From NCBI GenBank assembly GCA_965215195.1, contig CBDCDC010000002.1, positions 3,648,001 to 3,712,000 on the forward strand: 64,000 nucleotides of DNA, written 5' to 3'. The notes below the pieces were generated by a model that had not been told where the DNA came from, did no database searches, and saw only the letters and a list, made by a program, of their open reading frames with translations. Numbering within the stretch: the stretch's first letter is position 1; every line of letters starts with the position of its first letter. The stretch comes from Candidatus Latescibacterota bacterium. GTDB lineage: Bacteria; Latescibacterota; UBA2968; UBA8231. The translations under genes were made by a program, and so were the position numbers. Shown piece after piece: positions 55,557-64,000 of the stretch.

Positions 55557-57451
55557 TGCGCCCCGCCCTCGAATGGACGCTGGCCATGGCCCTGTGCGTT
55601 GGCCACAACTTCATCGGGGTGCGCAGCTACATCCTGCTCGACCACTACTCGGGCTACGCCGACCACTTCAACACGGTCGGCGTGATCTTCGCCCTGTTCT
55701 GGGTCGCGCTTACCGCCTTGCTGCTCGCGCTGCTGCGGCCCTTCCTGCGGCTGCCGACTTCGACTTTCGCCCTCATCTACGCCGCGCTAATGGTGGCTAC
55801 GGTCCTGCCGACCATGGGTTTTGGCGGCTATTTCATCCCCCTGCTCGCCGGCGTCTTCTACTACGCCACCCCGGAAAATAACTGGCGCGAACTGCTGTGG
55901 GATCACATCCCCGACTGGGCCGCCCCGCGCGACTTGGAGATGATCCGCAACCTCTTCGAGGGGGCCCCAGCAGGTGCGCCGCTGCCGTGGGATGCTTGGC
56001 TCGGCCCGTGTATTTTCTGGGGCCTCTTCATGGTCGCCTTCTTCTTGGTCAGCTTCTCGCTCATCGCCCTGCTCCACCACCAGTGGGTGCGCGGCGAGCG
56101 CTTGGTCTATCCCTTGGCCGTAGTGCCGACGGCCATGGTCGAAAGCGTGGAAAACCCGGGCCAAAGCCTCTTTAAGAACCCCCTGTTCTGGGCCGGGTTT
56201 TTCATCGCTTGGAGCATCCCGACCGTCAACATGCTCGACCAAGTGTTCGACTTTGAGACCATCCACAACTTCGGCATCCCGTCCACGCGCATCTTTTTGC
56301 GCCGCATCGGCATCTCCTACGGGATCAACGTCAACTTCCTCGTCGTCGGCTTGGGCTACTTGCTCAACCTCAATGTGCTCTTGAGCGTGTGGCTCTTCCA
56401 CATCCTCGTCTATCTCGAACACGGCCTGTTGGGCTTTTTTGGGGTTGTGGTCAACCTCCCGGCCCAGCCACACCAGCAGGTCTCAGTGCTGATGTCGCAT
56501 CAGCAGATGGGGGCGCTCGTCTTTCTGCTCGTCTCGTCGCTGTGGATGTCGCGCAACTTTCTCAAAGACCAGTGGCGCGCTATCGCCAGCGGCGCAAGAG
56601 GCCCAGACACGCACCTGCCCTCGCCGCGCACCTCGGCGCTGATGGGAGTCGCCGGGCTGAGCTATATGGCGTACTTCCTCCACGCCACCGGCCTTTCCCT
56701 CGGCTGGAGTCTGGCCTTGCTGCTGGTCGCGCTGTTGGTCTTTTTGGGCACGGCGCGCTTGCTGGTGCAGACCGGCTTGGGGCGGTTGCGCGCACCCCAT
56801 TCCATCCCGCCGCTCTTTACCAATGTGTTCGGCACGGCCTATTTCGGCGCTAAGGGACTTACCGCCATGGGGCTCAACATGGTGTGGGCCGCGGACGTGC
56901 AATTGTTCTTCATGGGCACGATGGCCCACGCCTTTAAGGTCTGCGAGGAGGTCAAGGAAAAGATCAGCGCCCGCAAGCTGCTGTTCTTCCTCACCTCGGC
57001 CCTCGTCGTCAGCGCGGTTACCACCATCGCGGTCTATATATGGCTGGGCTATCAGCACGGCATGATGCACGGCTTCCGCTGGTACTACATTGCCTCGCCC
57101 CTGAGCAAGTGGGGTTGGGTCGCCAAAACGGTCAACAACCCGCACCCGCCCCAGCATCTGACCACCCTGTTTACCGGCATCGGCGCTGGGCTCGCCGGGC
57201 TGCTTTCCTTTGCCCAGCACCGCCTCGCCGGCTGGCCCCTGCACCCGGTGGGGCTAGCTGTGGCCCTGACCAATACCGTGCGCGGCGATTGGTTTGGGAT
57301 GTTCCTCGCTTGGCTCGTTAAGTCGATTCTGATTAGCTACGGCGGGGTCATTCTATACCGGAAAGTGCGGCCGCTCTTTTTGGGGTTTATCGTGGGGGCT
57401 TGCGTCGGCGTGGGCGGAGCGTCGCTGGTCTATTCGTTCTACTACTTCTAA
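55553..57451 (+). CDS. Polytopic membrane protein, DUF6785/DUF6784-like (putative peptide transporter)
   Basis: YYATPEN.W, W..W..P...W, QW...ERL.YPL, WPLHPVG, .YGG..LYR...P.FLG; many TM helices. Confidence 0.75.
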   Translation: MMRPALEWTLAMALCVGHNFIGVRSYILLDHYSGYADHFNTVGVIFALFWVALTALLLALLRPFLRLPTSTFALIYAALMVATVLPTMGFGGYFIPLLAGVFYYATPENNWRELLWDHIPDWAAPRDLEMIRNLFEGAPAGAPLPWDAWLGPCIFWGLFMVAFFLVSFSLIALLHHQWVRGERLVYPLAVVPTAMVESVENPGQSLFKNPLFWAGFFIAWSIPTVNMLDQVFDFETIHNFGIPSTRIFLRRIGISYGINVNFLVVGLGYLLNLNVLLSVWLFHILVYLEHGLLGFFGVVVNLPAQPHQQVSVLMSHQQMGALVFLLVSSLWMSRNFLKDQWRAIASGARGPDTHLPSPRTSALMGVAGLSYMAYFLHATGLSLGWSLALLLVALLVFLGTARLLVQTGLGRLRAPHSIPPLFTNVFGTAYFGAKGLTAMGLNMVWAADVQLFFMGTMAHAFKVCEEVKEKISARKLLFFLTSALVVSAVTTIAVYIWLGYQHGMMHGFRWYYIASPLSKWGWVAKTVNNPHPPQHLTTLFTGIGAGLAGLLSFAQHRLAGWPLHPVGLAVALTNTVRGDWFGMFLAWLVKSILISYGGVILYRKVRPLFLGFIVGACVGVGGASLVYSFYYF

Positions 57452-57642
57452 CCGCGCACCTGCTTGACCCGGCCGACTTCGCCCGTCTCCAAGCGCACCT
57501 TAATCCCGTGCGGATGTGTCGCCGACTTGGTCAGAATATCCCGCACCACGCCCTCGGTCAGCCGACCCGTGCGCTGATCCTGCTTCTGCACAATGGCAAC
57601 GCGCATCCCGCGCGCTATATCGGCCCGTCTCGTTCCGTTCAC
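57448..57642 (-). CDS. YwbE family protein (DUF2196)
   Basis: R.DI..GM.V.IVQK.DQRTG.LTEGVV.DILT.S..HPHGIKVRL..G.VGRV; GTGA-coupled start. Confidence 0.85.
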   Translation of the reverse strand: MNGTRRADIARGMRVAIVQKQDQRTGRLTEGVVRDILTKSATHPHGIKVRLETGEVGRVKQVRG

Positions 57643-59456
57643 ACCCGATCCAACCACACTGGACTCAACCACGCCCGGTGCCCGTCCTTCTGCCGCAGCC
57701 GCAAATAGTAATAGGACCACGCGCCCGCTGGCGCAGGCAATTCGGCCCCGTCGATCTCCACGTCCCAAGCATTGGGTGCGTCCTGCCAGACGCACTGCCC
57801 GTTGGCCATGATCTCCACCCGCTCAATCGGCGCAGTCCCGTGCAGGCTGGCCGAGAAATGCACCTTTTCGCCCTCGGCCAACGCGCCCTCCGCGCCCGAG
57901 CGCACGCCGTTGACCGCATAGTCGCAGACGATTGGCACGCCCGAAGTCGCGTAGGTCCAGCGCTGGTCCATGGCCTGCCACACGGCCTCGCGGGTCAATT
58001 CCGTCGCCCGGAAACAGGTCATCCCCACGTAGCCTCCCGGTTTTTGCGTCGGATACCCTTGGTGGTTGTCGGTCCCGGCGACAAACCCCAAGCGCCAGCC
58101 TTGGGCAAAGGCATCCTGCACCGCAGCACCCAACCCCCCTAAGCGAATACCCCAGTACTCGTCGGGCGCGTCGGCTTCAAAATTGCCCCGGCCTTGGACG
58201 ATTTCCACCAGTCTGGCCCGCTTGTTGGGGAACTCCCAGTGGTATTGCGACCAGTAAAACGTCTTGCCCATGACCGCGCGGTGCTTGCCGTATTCAATGG
58301 GTTGTCCGCAGTTGGGGTGGTGCGGCACCATGACCACGTCTTTGTCCCAAACCACTTCCGAAGGGCAAAGCTCCGGTTTCCAGTGCCAAGTGCCGCCATC
58401 GACCTCCGGGGTGCGCAGATAGAGGTTGGCGTGCCCGTAGGCATTGGAGCTTTCCCACGCCGGGATCGTCACAAAGCGGCCCGGCTCGTAAAATGCTTCA
58501 TTGACCGCCAAGCACTCGGCCCAGCCGGGGCCGATCGGGGCGTGGTCGGTCATCGCGATCACGTCGAGGTTGAGAAAGTCGCGGGCATAGGCGTAGGCCG
58601 CGTGCGGTTCGCGGTCGCCATCCACTGAAAGCCGCGTGTGGAAGTGGATGCCGCCGAAGTAGTGGCCGCGCTCGCCGATCGCTTGCGCCGGACCGCTCTG
58701 CGCTGCTAAACCGCGCTCTGCATCGCGCACTGCAATGCGGACGGGACCGTCGGCCGGCACTTCAATACCCTCGACCACGCCCCGGCCGTCGGCACCAATT
58801 TCCACTTCATCGGGCAGCCCCGCGACCGCTCCGTCGGCCTGCACAGTCACCGTCCCCCGGTAGCTCGGTATTGGATTGAGATGATCGTCCGTCGCGAAAA
58901 CCACGACCCGGCGCTTTCCCTGTGCATCCGCTGCCGCAGACACGCGCCCTTCCAGCCGCGTCAGGGGGCCGGGGGCATTGAGCAGCGGAATCGGGTCGCC
59001 CACCTTCTCGAAAACTTCGGCTGCGGGTCGCCGCACCCGCACTTGCAGGGCCCCGCTTATATCCGCGTGTGGCGACGGCACCGCACCAAAGGGAAAGACC
59101 AGCCGCGCCCCTGCGCTTAGCGACTTAGTGACCTGAATGGTACACAAGTAGAGTTCGTTGATCGGCCTTCCCACCAACCCACCGCCGGCCGGCCCATCGC
59201 CGCCCCGCGTCATATCGGTCCAGTCGCGGGGCAGCCCGTGTCCGAGCACCACCACGCCCTCGCCCCCTTCGACAAAAGGGTCTGCAAGCGTCCACTGGCG
59301 AGAATAGGAATGGAACGCGCTGATCGAAACCCGTACATCGGCTCCAGCTTCTAGGCCCGCCGGACAAGTGACGAACAGCCGCAAGGGTTTGCGCTGCTGG
59401 TCCGTGGCGACGAATTCCGTCTGTCCTTCGTAGTGTACCTCTAATTGTTCGTACAT
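57639..59456 (-). CDS. PHP-fold metallohydrolase (DUF3604/CehA-like)
   Basis: G.IHFHT..S.DG, MTDH, WE....GHAN, PHH, GFVAGTDNH, LTREAVW.AM..R.TYATSG. Confidence 0.8.
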   Translation of the reverse strand: MYEQLEVHYEGQTEFVATDQQRKPLRLFVTCPAGLEAGADVRVSISAFHSYSRQWTLADPFVEGGEGVVVLGHGLPRDWTDMTRGGDGPAGGGLVGRPINELYLCTIQVTKSLSAGARLVFPFGAVPSPHADISGALQVRVRRPAAEVFEKVGDPIPLLNAPGPLTRLEGRVSAAADAQGKRRVVVFATDDHLNPIPSYRGTVTVQADGAVAGLPDEVEIGADGRGVVEGIEVPADGPVRIAVRDAERGLAAQSGPAQAIGERGHYFGGIHFHTRLSVDGDREPHAAYAYARDFLNLDVIAMTDHAPIGPGWAECLAVNEAFYEPGRFVTIPAWESSNAYGHANLYLRTPEVDGGTWHWKPELCPSEVVWDKDVVMVPHHPNCGQPIEYGKHRAVMGKTFYWSQYHWEFPNKRARLVEIVQGRGNFEADAPDEYWGIRLGGLGAAVQDAFAQGWRLGFVAGTDNHQGYPTQKPGGYVGMTCFRATELTREAVWQAMDQRWTYATSGVPIVCDYAVNGVRSGAEGALAEGEKVHFSASLHGTAPIERVEIMANGQCVWQDAPNAWDVEIDGAELPAPAGAWSYYYLRLRQKDGHRAWLSPVWLDRV

Positions 59457-59479
59457 GTTACCTCCTCGATTCTTGTTGA

Positions 59480-60160
59480 TCAGGATACCATACCTTCAAG
59501 TTGATGGAATAGACCGTCGATCTCGTCGATGACAATCAATTCTGCTGTGGCATTCCATTCGATCTCTCGCGCATAATACCACCGGGCTTGTACAGGCCGC
59601 ATACCAACTTCTGCAGCCCCCTGCAGTTCGTCAAATCCTCCATCTCCGACGAACGCGGTTTTGCTTGGCGAAATGCCGAGACGCTCGCAGGCCAAATTGT
59701 AAATTTCAGGATCGGGCTTCACATAGCCTATTTGACATGAAAAGACAGCATCATCCACTACATTGCGGAGCGGGCACTCTGGCCAACTGATTACCTCGTC
59801 TGGAGTAGCATTGCTAACAATCCCAATCGTCCAGCCATTTGAACGAAGCCGCGAAAGTACATGCAGCATTTCAGCTTCTACTCCGAGCAGGTATTCCCGC
59901 TTGCGCCGCAGTCGATCGCGGCTGATTTCTTCAACAGTCGCACTTTCAACGGAAGCTCCCAGCGAGTTGCACAATGCCGACAACATTTCCCGATAGGTAG
60001 CAAACTTGCCCGTCATCCGATCTCTAGCACTATCCTTCCACCACGCTCGCACATCATCCAAACTCAACCCCAGTTTATCGACAAACGCCTGTTCAGAGGG
60101 ACGATCTGCATACTTCTGCGTCACGAGCGTTTCAAACAAATCGAATAGAACCGCTTTCAC
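59480..60160 (-). CDS. HAD family hydrolase (subfamily IA)
   Basis: VKAVLFDLFETL, VSN, KPDPEIY, FVGDGG.DEL.GA; GTG start at 60160 (the ORF extends in frame to 60226). Confidence 0.85.
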   Translation of the reverse strand: MKAVLFDLFETLVTQKYADRPSEQAFVDKLGLSLDDVRAWWKDSARDRMTGKFATYREMLSALCNSLGASVESATVEEISRDRLRRKREYLLGVEAEMLHVLSRLRSNGWTIGIVSNATPDEVISWPECPLRNVVDDAVFSCQIGYVKPDPEIYNLACERLGISPSKTAFVGDGGFDELQGAAEVGMRPVQARWYYAREIEWNATAELIVIDEIDGLFHQLEGMVS

Positions 60161-60226
60161 GGCGTTCTCTCCCCGTTCCACGAGCATTCCAGCAGCGACG
60201 ATATGTTTTGGCGGATTTAAGTGCAT

Positions 60227-61093
60227 TTATCCGTACCAACGGGCACTTATATAGCGGGCCACCCCGTCCTCTTCATTGGTATCAATGATCCCAGTAGCTT
60301 GTTCCTTAAGAGCGGGGATGGCATTGGCCACGGCTAGGGCCTCGTCAGCCATCTTGAACATGTCCAAGTCGTTTACTTCGTCGCCAAAAACGATCACGCG
60401 GCGGTCTTCCATTTTTTGCATGCGCTTGAGACTCAGGATGCCCTGCTCTTTGGTGGCGCGAGCATCGTGGATGGTCAGCCAGTGCCACTTAGGCGAGTAC
60501 TGATTCTCGTAGCAATGGGTCTGAACCCGTTTGGCATGTCGTTGGTTGATCGCCTCATCCAATTTCTCCAGCTCTGGTCCCGGGCCGATAACGGTGAGAC
60601 AAACCACTTGGTCGCCGAGGCCGCGTTGCAAGTCGGCTAAATAGCACAGGCGCGGATCTTGGTGGAGCTGCCTATTCCGCAGATACCAAGCCATGCCGTC
60701 GTTGGTGATGTCGCAGTAGTAGAGACGATCGGCAGTGCCGTCGTAGGTCGAGATGAAGGGGATGTAACCAGCGTCGGTTATCTGTTGCCACAGCTCAGGC
60801 AGAATGTCGCCGGGCAGGTCGTGGATCAGGTAGTGTTGGCCGCTGGCCAGATCGGAAACAAAGGCACCGTTGAATTCGACCACCGGCAAGCGCAGAGGTA
60901 CATCGGCCAGCAAGTGGCGCATGGAAGCTATGCTGCGGGCGCTGGCTACCGTGAAGAGCAACCCCTGGTCCAACAGCGCGTTGAGGGTATCCCTGCTGTA
61001 CTGAGATAGCGAAGTATCGTCGCGCAGTAGAGTGCCGTCCAAATCGGAAATGTATAGGGGAGAGCCAGCATTAGCTTTCACAGTGAGATTCAC
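60227..61093 (-). CDS. Cof-type HAD-IIB hydrolase
   Basis: ISDLDGTLL, ASAR, FNGA, ATK, FGDEVND..MF, AVANA, N.EDGVA. Confidence 0.92.
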   Translation of the reverse strand: MNLTVKANAGSPLYISDLDGTLLRDDTSLSQYSRDTLNALLDQGLLFTVASARSIASMRHLLADVPLRLPVVEFNGAFVSDLASGQHYLIHDLPGDILPELWQQITDAGYIPFISTYDGTADRLYYCDITNDGMAWYLRNRQLHQDPRLCYLADLQRGLGDQVVCLTVIGPGPELEKLDEAINQRHAKRVQTHCYENQYSPKWHWLTIHDARATKEQGILSLKRMQKMEDRRVIVFGDEVNDLDMFKMADEALAVANAIPALKEQATGIIDTNEEDGVARYISARWYG

Positions 61094-61156
61094 ACCTCCA
61101 AGCTGATCAGAATAACGGTAGGCAAAATCAATAACTTATTACACTAGCAGGCGGTA

Positions 61157-62596
61157 CTAGGCGTAATTCGCCGCGTTCCACGCCCCCACCAAAAACGCCG
61201 TGCGATACTGCCGCGTCGAGATCAGCCAATGGCACAGGCGTTTCTCGCACTGCGCGACGATCTCTCGGTACGCCGGCTCGCCGTACAAATTGCGGGCCTC
61301 GTGCGGATCGGCCTCCAAGTCGTAGAGCTCGCCGCAGTCGGCCCCGAAATCCTCCGGCTGATAGTGGACATAGCGCCACTTGCCCCAGCGCAGCGCCTTG
61401 CTGTGCCGATGCTCGGTGACCGCCACCTCGTGTACGGGATTAGTGCCGCCCTGCAAAAGCTCGCTGATATCCGCCCCGTCCATGCCCTCCATTGCCGGCA
61501 GACCGCACAATTCCATAAACGTCGGAGCCAAATCGACATTTTCCACCAGCGCATTGCAAACCCGGCCCACAGCCGCAACGCCCGGCACTCGCCAGAGCAT
61601 CGGCACCCGACACACGGCCTCTGAGCATATCCCGGGGGCCTTTTCCTGAATGCCAAAAGCAGTGCTGTACGCGCCGTGGTCGGAATTATAGACGACGATT
61701 GTATCTTCGGCCAAGCCGCGTTCGTCGAGGTAATCCAGAAGACGACCAATGCAGTAGTCAACCTGCGTCACGCAGCCCAGATAGCCGCGCCAGATGTTGC
61801 GCGCCCCCTCCTCCGGCGACCATGCCTCCCCCTCCCAAGCCCGCTGGAACCGCGCGTGCATGTCGCGGAAGTGCGGCGGGCGTCCCGACGGATCTTGGTA
61901 GTAGGTCTCCGGCAACGCGATGTCGTCTGCATACATATCCCAGAACTTCTGATCCGGCGTATAGGGCGCGTGCGGTCGCGGCAACGAGACCTGCATACAG
62001 AAAGGGTCTCCCGCGCAGCTATCCATAAATTCAATCGCCCGATCCACGCACCAGCTCTCGACATTGTACTTTAGCGGCAGGTCCGATGGCCGGGCGCGGA
62101 ACTGGTTTTGGGGCAGGCCAACCGGGTGGCGGGCTGGGTAGCCGGTGATGCGGAAGTTGTCGTTTTGCTCCAACAAACCGGCACCCGCCAGAAACGTTTG
62201 ATACGGCGACAGACCACCCGCGGCCGGCACCGGGGTTGAGGTGCCAGACATCCAGTAGTCAACGTGGTGCAAAAGCCAATCGCGCGGCTGGTTGGGCACG
62301 TGCGTCTTGCCGATCACCGCCGTCTTGTACCCGTGCTTCTTAAAATGCCCGAGAAAACTCTGCATCCCCTCTGGACGCGGCCCGCCCAAACCGAAGAAGC
62401 CGTGGTTGTGGCAGTACTGTCCCGTGTAGATACTCATGCGGCTCGGAGTGCAGATCGGATTCTGGGTGTACGCCCCTGAAAAGCGCATACCTTCGCTGGC
62501 CAGCCGATCCATGTTGGGCGTGAGTGCCTGCGCGTGGCCTTCGCAGCCCATGCAGGCCGCTTGGTGCTGGTCGGAGAGGATGTGCAGTACATTCAT
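61157..62596 (-). CDS. Sulfatase (Cys-type formylglycine-dependent)
   Basis: NVL.ILSDQH, TPNMDRLA, CTPSR, GKTH, PH.P, SDHG, ELYDL..DP.E..NL. Confidence 0.93.
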   Translation of the reverse strand: MNVLHILSDQHQAACMGCEGHAQALTPNMDRLASEGMRFSGAYTQNPICTPSRMSIYTGQYCHNHGFFGLGGPRPEGMQSFLGHFKKHGYKTAVIGKTHVPNQPRDWLLHHVDYWMSGTSTPVPAAGGLSPYQTFLAGAGLLEQNDNFRITGYPARHPVGLPQNQFRARPSDLPLKYNVESWCVDRAIEFMDSCAGDPFCMQVSLPRPHAPYTPDQKFWDMYADDIALPETYYQDPSGRPPHFRDMHARFQRAWEGEAWSPEEGARNIWRGYLGCVTQVDYCIGRLLDYLDERGLAEDTIVVYNSDHGAYSTAFGIQEKAPGICSEAVCRVPMLWRVPGVAAVGRVCNALVENVDLAPTFMELCGLPAMEGMDGADISELLQGGTNPVHEVAVTEHRHSKALRWGKWRYVHYQPEDFGADCGELYDLEADPHEARNLYGEPAYREIVAQCEKRLCHWLISTRQYRTAFLVGAWNAANYA

Positions 62597-62642
62597 AGAA
62601 AAGCTCTTCTTTGCGAGGGTGGGAGGCAATTCCTAATTCCTA

Positions 62643-62900
62643 AATGCCGCCATCCGCATCGGTCCGTGGAAACTAGTCTGCGAAACCAGTGGCCAAGGCG
62701 GTTGGGATCTCTACAACATGAAAGAATTCAACGATTTAGCGGAGCGGAAAAGCGAGAGTTGCAGAAGTGGAAAAGCGCTACCGCGAATGGGCAGAGCGCG
62801 CCGATGTCCTGCCTTGGCCCATCAGCCCTGGCGCGTGGAAATTCCCCGGTATGCAGCGGGCCGGCACCTTCTACATGCGAGACCGGCACGGCCATAAGAT
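62643..62900 (+). pseudogene. 3' remnant of an arylsulfatase
   Basis: NAAIRIGPWKLVC....WDLYNMKEFNDLAER, then a frameshift to RVAEVEKRYREWAERADVLPWP, matching arylsulfatase C-termini; no N-terminal part; end approximate. Confidence 0.7.
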
Positions 62901-62950
62901 AGCGGCGGTTGGCTCCAAGCCGATGTCCAAGAATCATGGCGGCTCTCTCG

Positions 62951-64000
62951 TCAGTGCAACAGCGTCAGCTTGTGCGTCTCGATAGCCCCATCGACCGAAA
63001 GCACCAACAGATACGTGCCCGACGCTTGGAACTGGCCAGTCTCGTCGCGCCCATCCCAGACGAATTGGTAGGAACCCGCCGGACGCCGTGCTTCTGTGGC
63101 CAGCACCCGCACTTGTTGCCCCAGTTCATTGTAGATACGCACCGCTACGGATGCCGAGTGTTCCAAGTCGAAGGCGACGGTGACGGCGGCATTGAACGGA
63201 TTGGGATACAGGCGCAGGGAGGGCAACGCTTCTTCAGCAAGGCTCGCCGACGCCTGCGCCTCGACGGCCTCGACGGCTGTGGGCACTCCCCGCTCGCTGA
63301 CCCCACAGATGCGGCGCAACTGCGAAAACTCTCCCCCGCCCCAATAGATGCTCCGAAAAGACTCCAGCATCAAGACTAGAAGATCGCCTTCGGGCGTCAG
63401 CAGCAGGCGAAAAGGCCACCAAATCGGGGCCTCCAAGGCCGGACCGCCGTCGCCGATATGGTCTTGGCAGCGATGCTCCGACAACCGCTTTCCAGCGACC
63501 ACCCGTTTCTCAACAGCCGCACAGCCTCGAACAGAAAAGTAATCTCGTCCGTTGCCAGCGATGGTTTCGATGATGCCGGCCGGCCGGACCCGATGAATGC
63601 GGTGGAAATTAAAATTGGCAATATACAGGGCACCCTGTTCGTCAATCACTAGGTCCGCTGGGAAGTGGAAGGGGGCTTCAGTCGCCGGTCGTCCTTCGGC
63701 CCCAAAGTAATACCGGCCGCCTTCCACGACGAGGCTATCCGGGTCCCTCCCCGAACCGGCCACGACGTCAATGACACCGTCGGCCGACCGGCGAAAGACC
63801 TGATTGCCCCGCGTAAAATACAGCCTCCCTTGCTCATCCATGATCAAGGCCGTTACCGACTCGGCTTTCACTAGCGTAGAGACCATCCCTTGCCCATCAA
63901 TGCGCCGGATCCCCCCGGTGCCGGCAACCAACAGGTGGCCTTCAAGATCGAACACCAGCGAACCGATGTAGCCAAACTGCGCCTCTTTCGCTGGACCGCC
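62951..64000 (-). CDS. NHL/teneurin-like repeat protein with a FlgD/T9SS type-A-like tail (5' end outside the window)
   Basis: G.I.TIAG.G, GDGGPA.EA, P.DL..D..G.LYIA repeats; PTAVE linker then YPNPFN...IYNELGQ.VR.L...WDGRD..G...ASG.Y. Confidence 0.88.
   Translation of the reverse strand, partial: GGPAKEAQFGYIGSLVFDLEGHLLVAGTGGIRRIDGQGMVSTLVKAESVTALIMDEQGRLYFTRGNQVFRRSADGVIDVVAGSGRDPDSLVVEGGRYYFGAEGRPATEAPFHFPADLVIDEQGALYIANFNFHRIHRVRPAGIIETIAGNGRDYFSVRGCAAVEKRVVAGKRLSEHRCQDHIGDGGPALEAPIWWPFRLLLTPEGDLLVLMLESFRSIYWGGGEFSQLRRICGVSERGVPTAVEAVEAQASASLAEEALPSLRLYPNPFNAAVTVAFDLEHSASVAVRIYNELGQQVRVLATEARRPAGSYQFVWDGRDETGQFQASGTYLLVLSVDGAIETHKLTLLH

Noticed and set aside
61094-61156. attC-like site upstream of the Cof gene
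   Set aside because: Only a short AACG/CGTT core is present, with no paired L/R boxes or integrase.

Overview
A GC-rich bacterial chromosomal window of about 50 genes. I found no rRNA, tRNA, CRISPR array or intact transposase. The gene families (FlgD/T9SS-like C-terminal tails, a recurrent C-terminal TAV-x3-SW-x2-K motif, a DUF6785-like transporter, CRTAC1/TPR/NHL proteins, sulfatases) suggest an FCB-group candidate phylum such as Latescibacterota; this is inference only. Housekeeping and metabolic genes include purA, nadC, aspC, fbp, a GT3-like glycogen synthase, tesA with an ABC exporter, several sugar ABC permeases, oxidoreductases and hydrolases. Small accessory cassettes are interspersed: a wHTH+TIR pair, two intact vapBC modules, several TA or toxin-immunity pairs whose toxin has decayed, MITE/REP elements, an fbp gene bracketed by perfect 17-bp inverted repeats, and a 1.2-kb segment bounded by 22-bp direct repeats. 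The best candidate for an undescribed system is the 18.6-kb divergent envelope locus at 30227-48798. It encodes a CBM9-like secreted protein with a short sorting-like tail, a lipoprotein, three paralogous large secreted proteins with T9SS type-B-like tails, a probable 892-aa outer-membrane beta-barrel, a two-domain PPIase lipoprotein, TPR lipoproteins, a CRTAC1-family protein and a DUF5107-like protein. All family assignments are by eye from motifs; no database searches were run.
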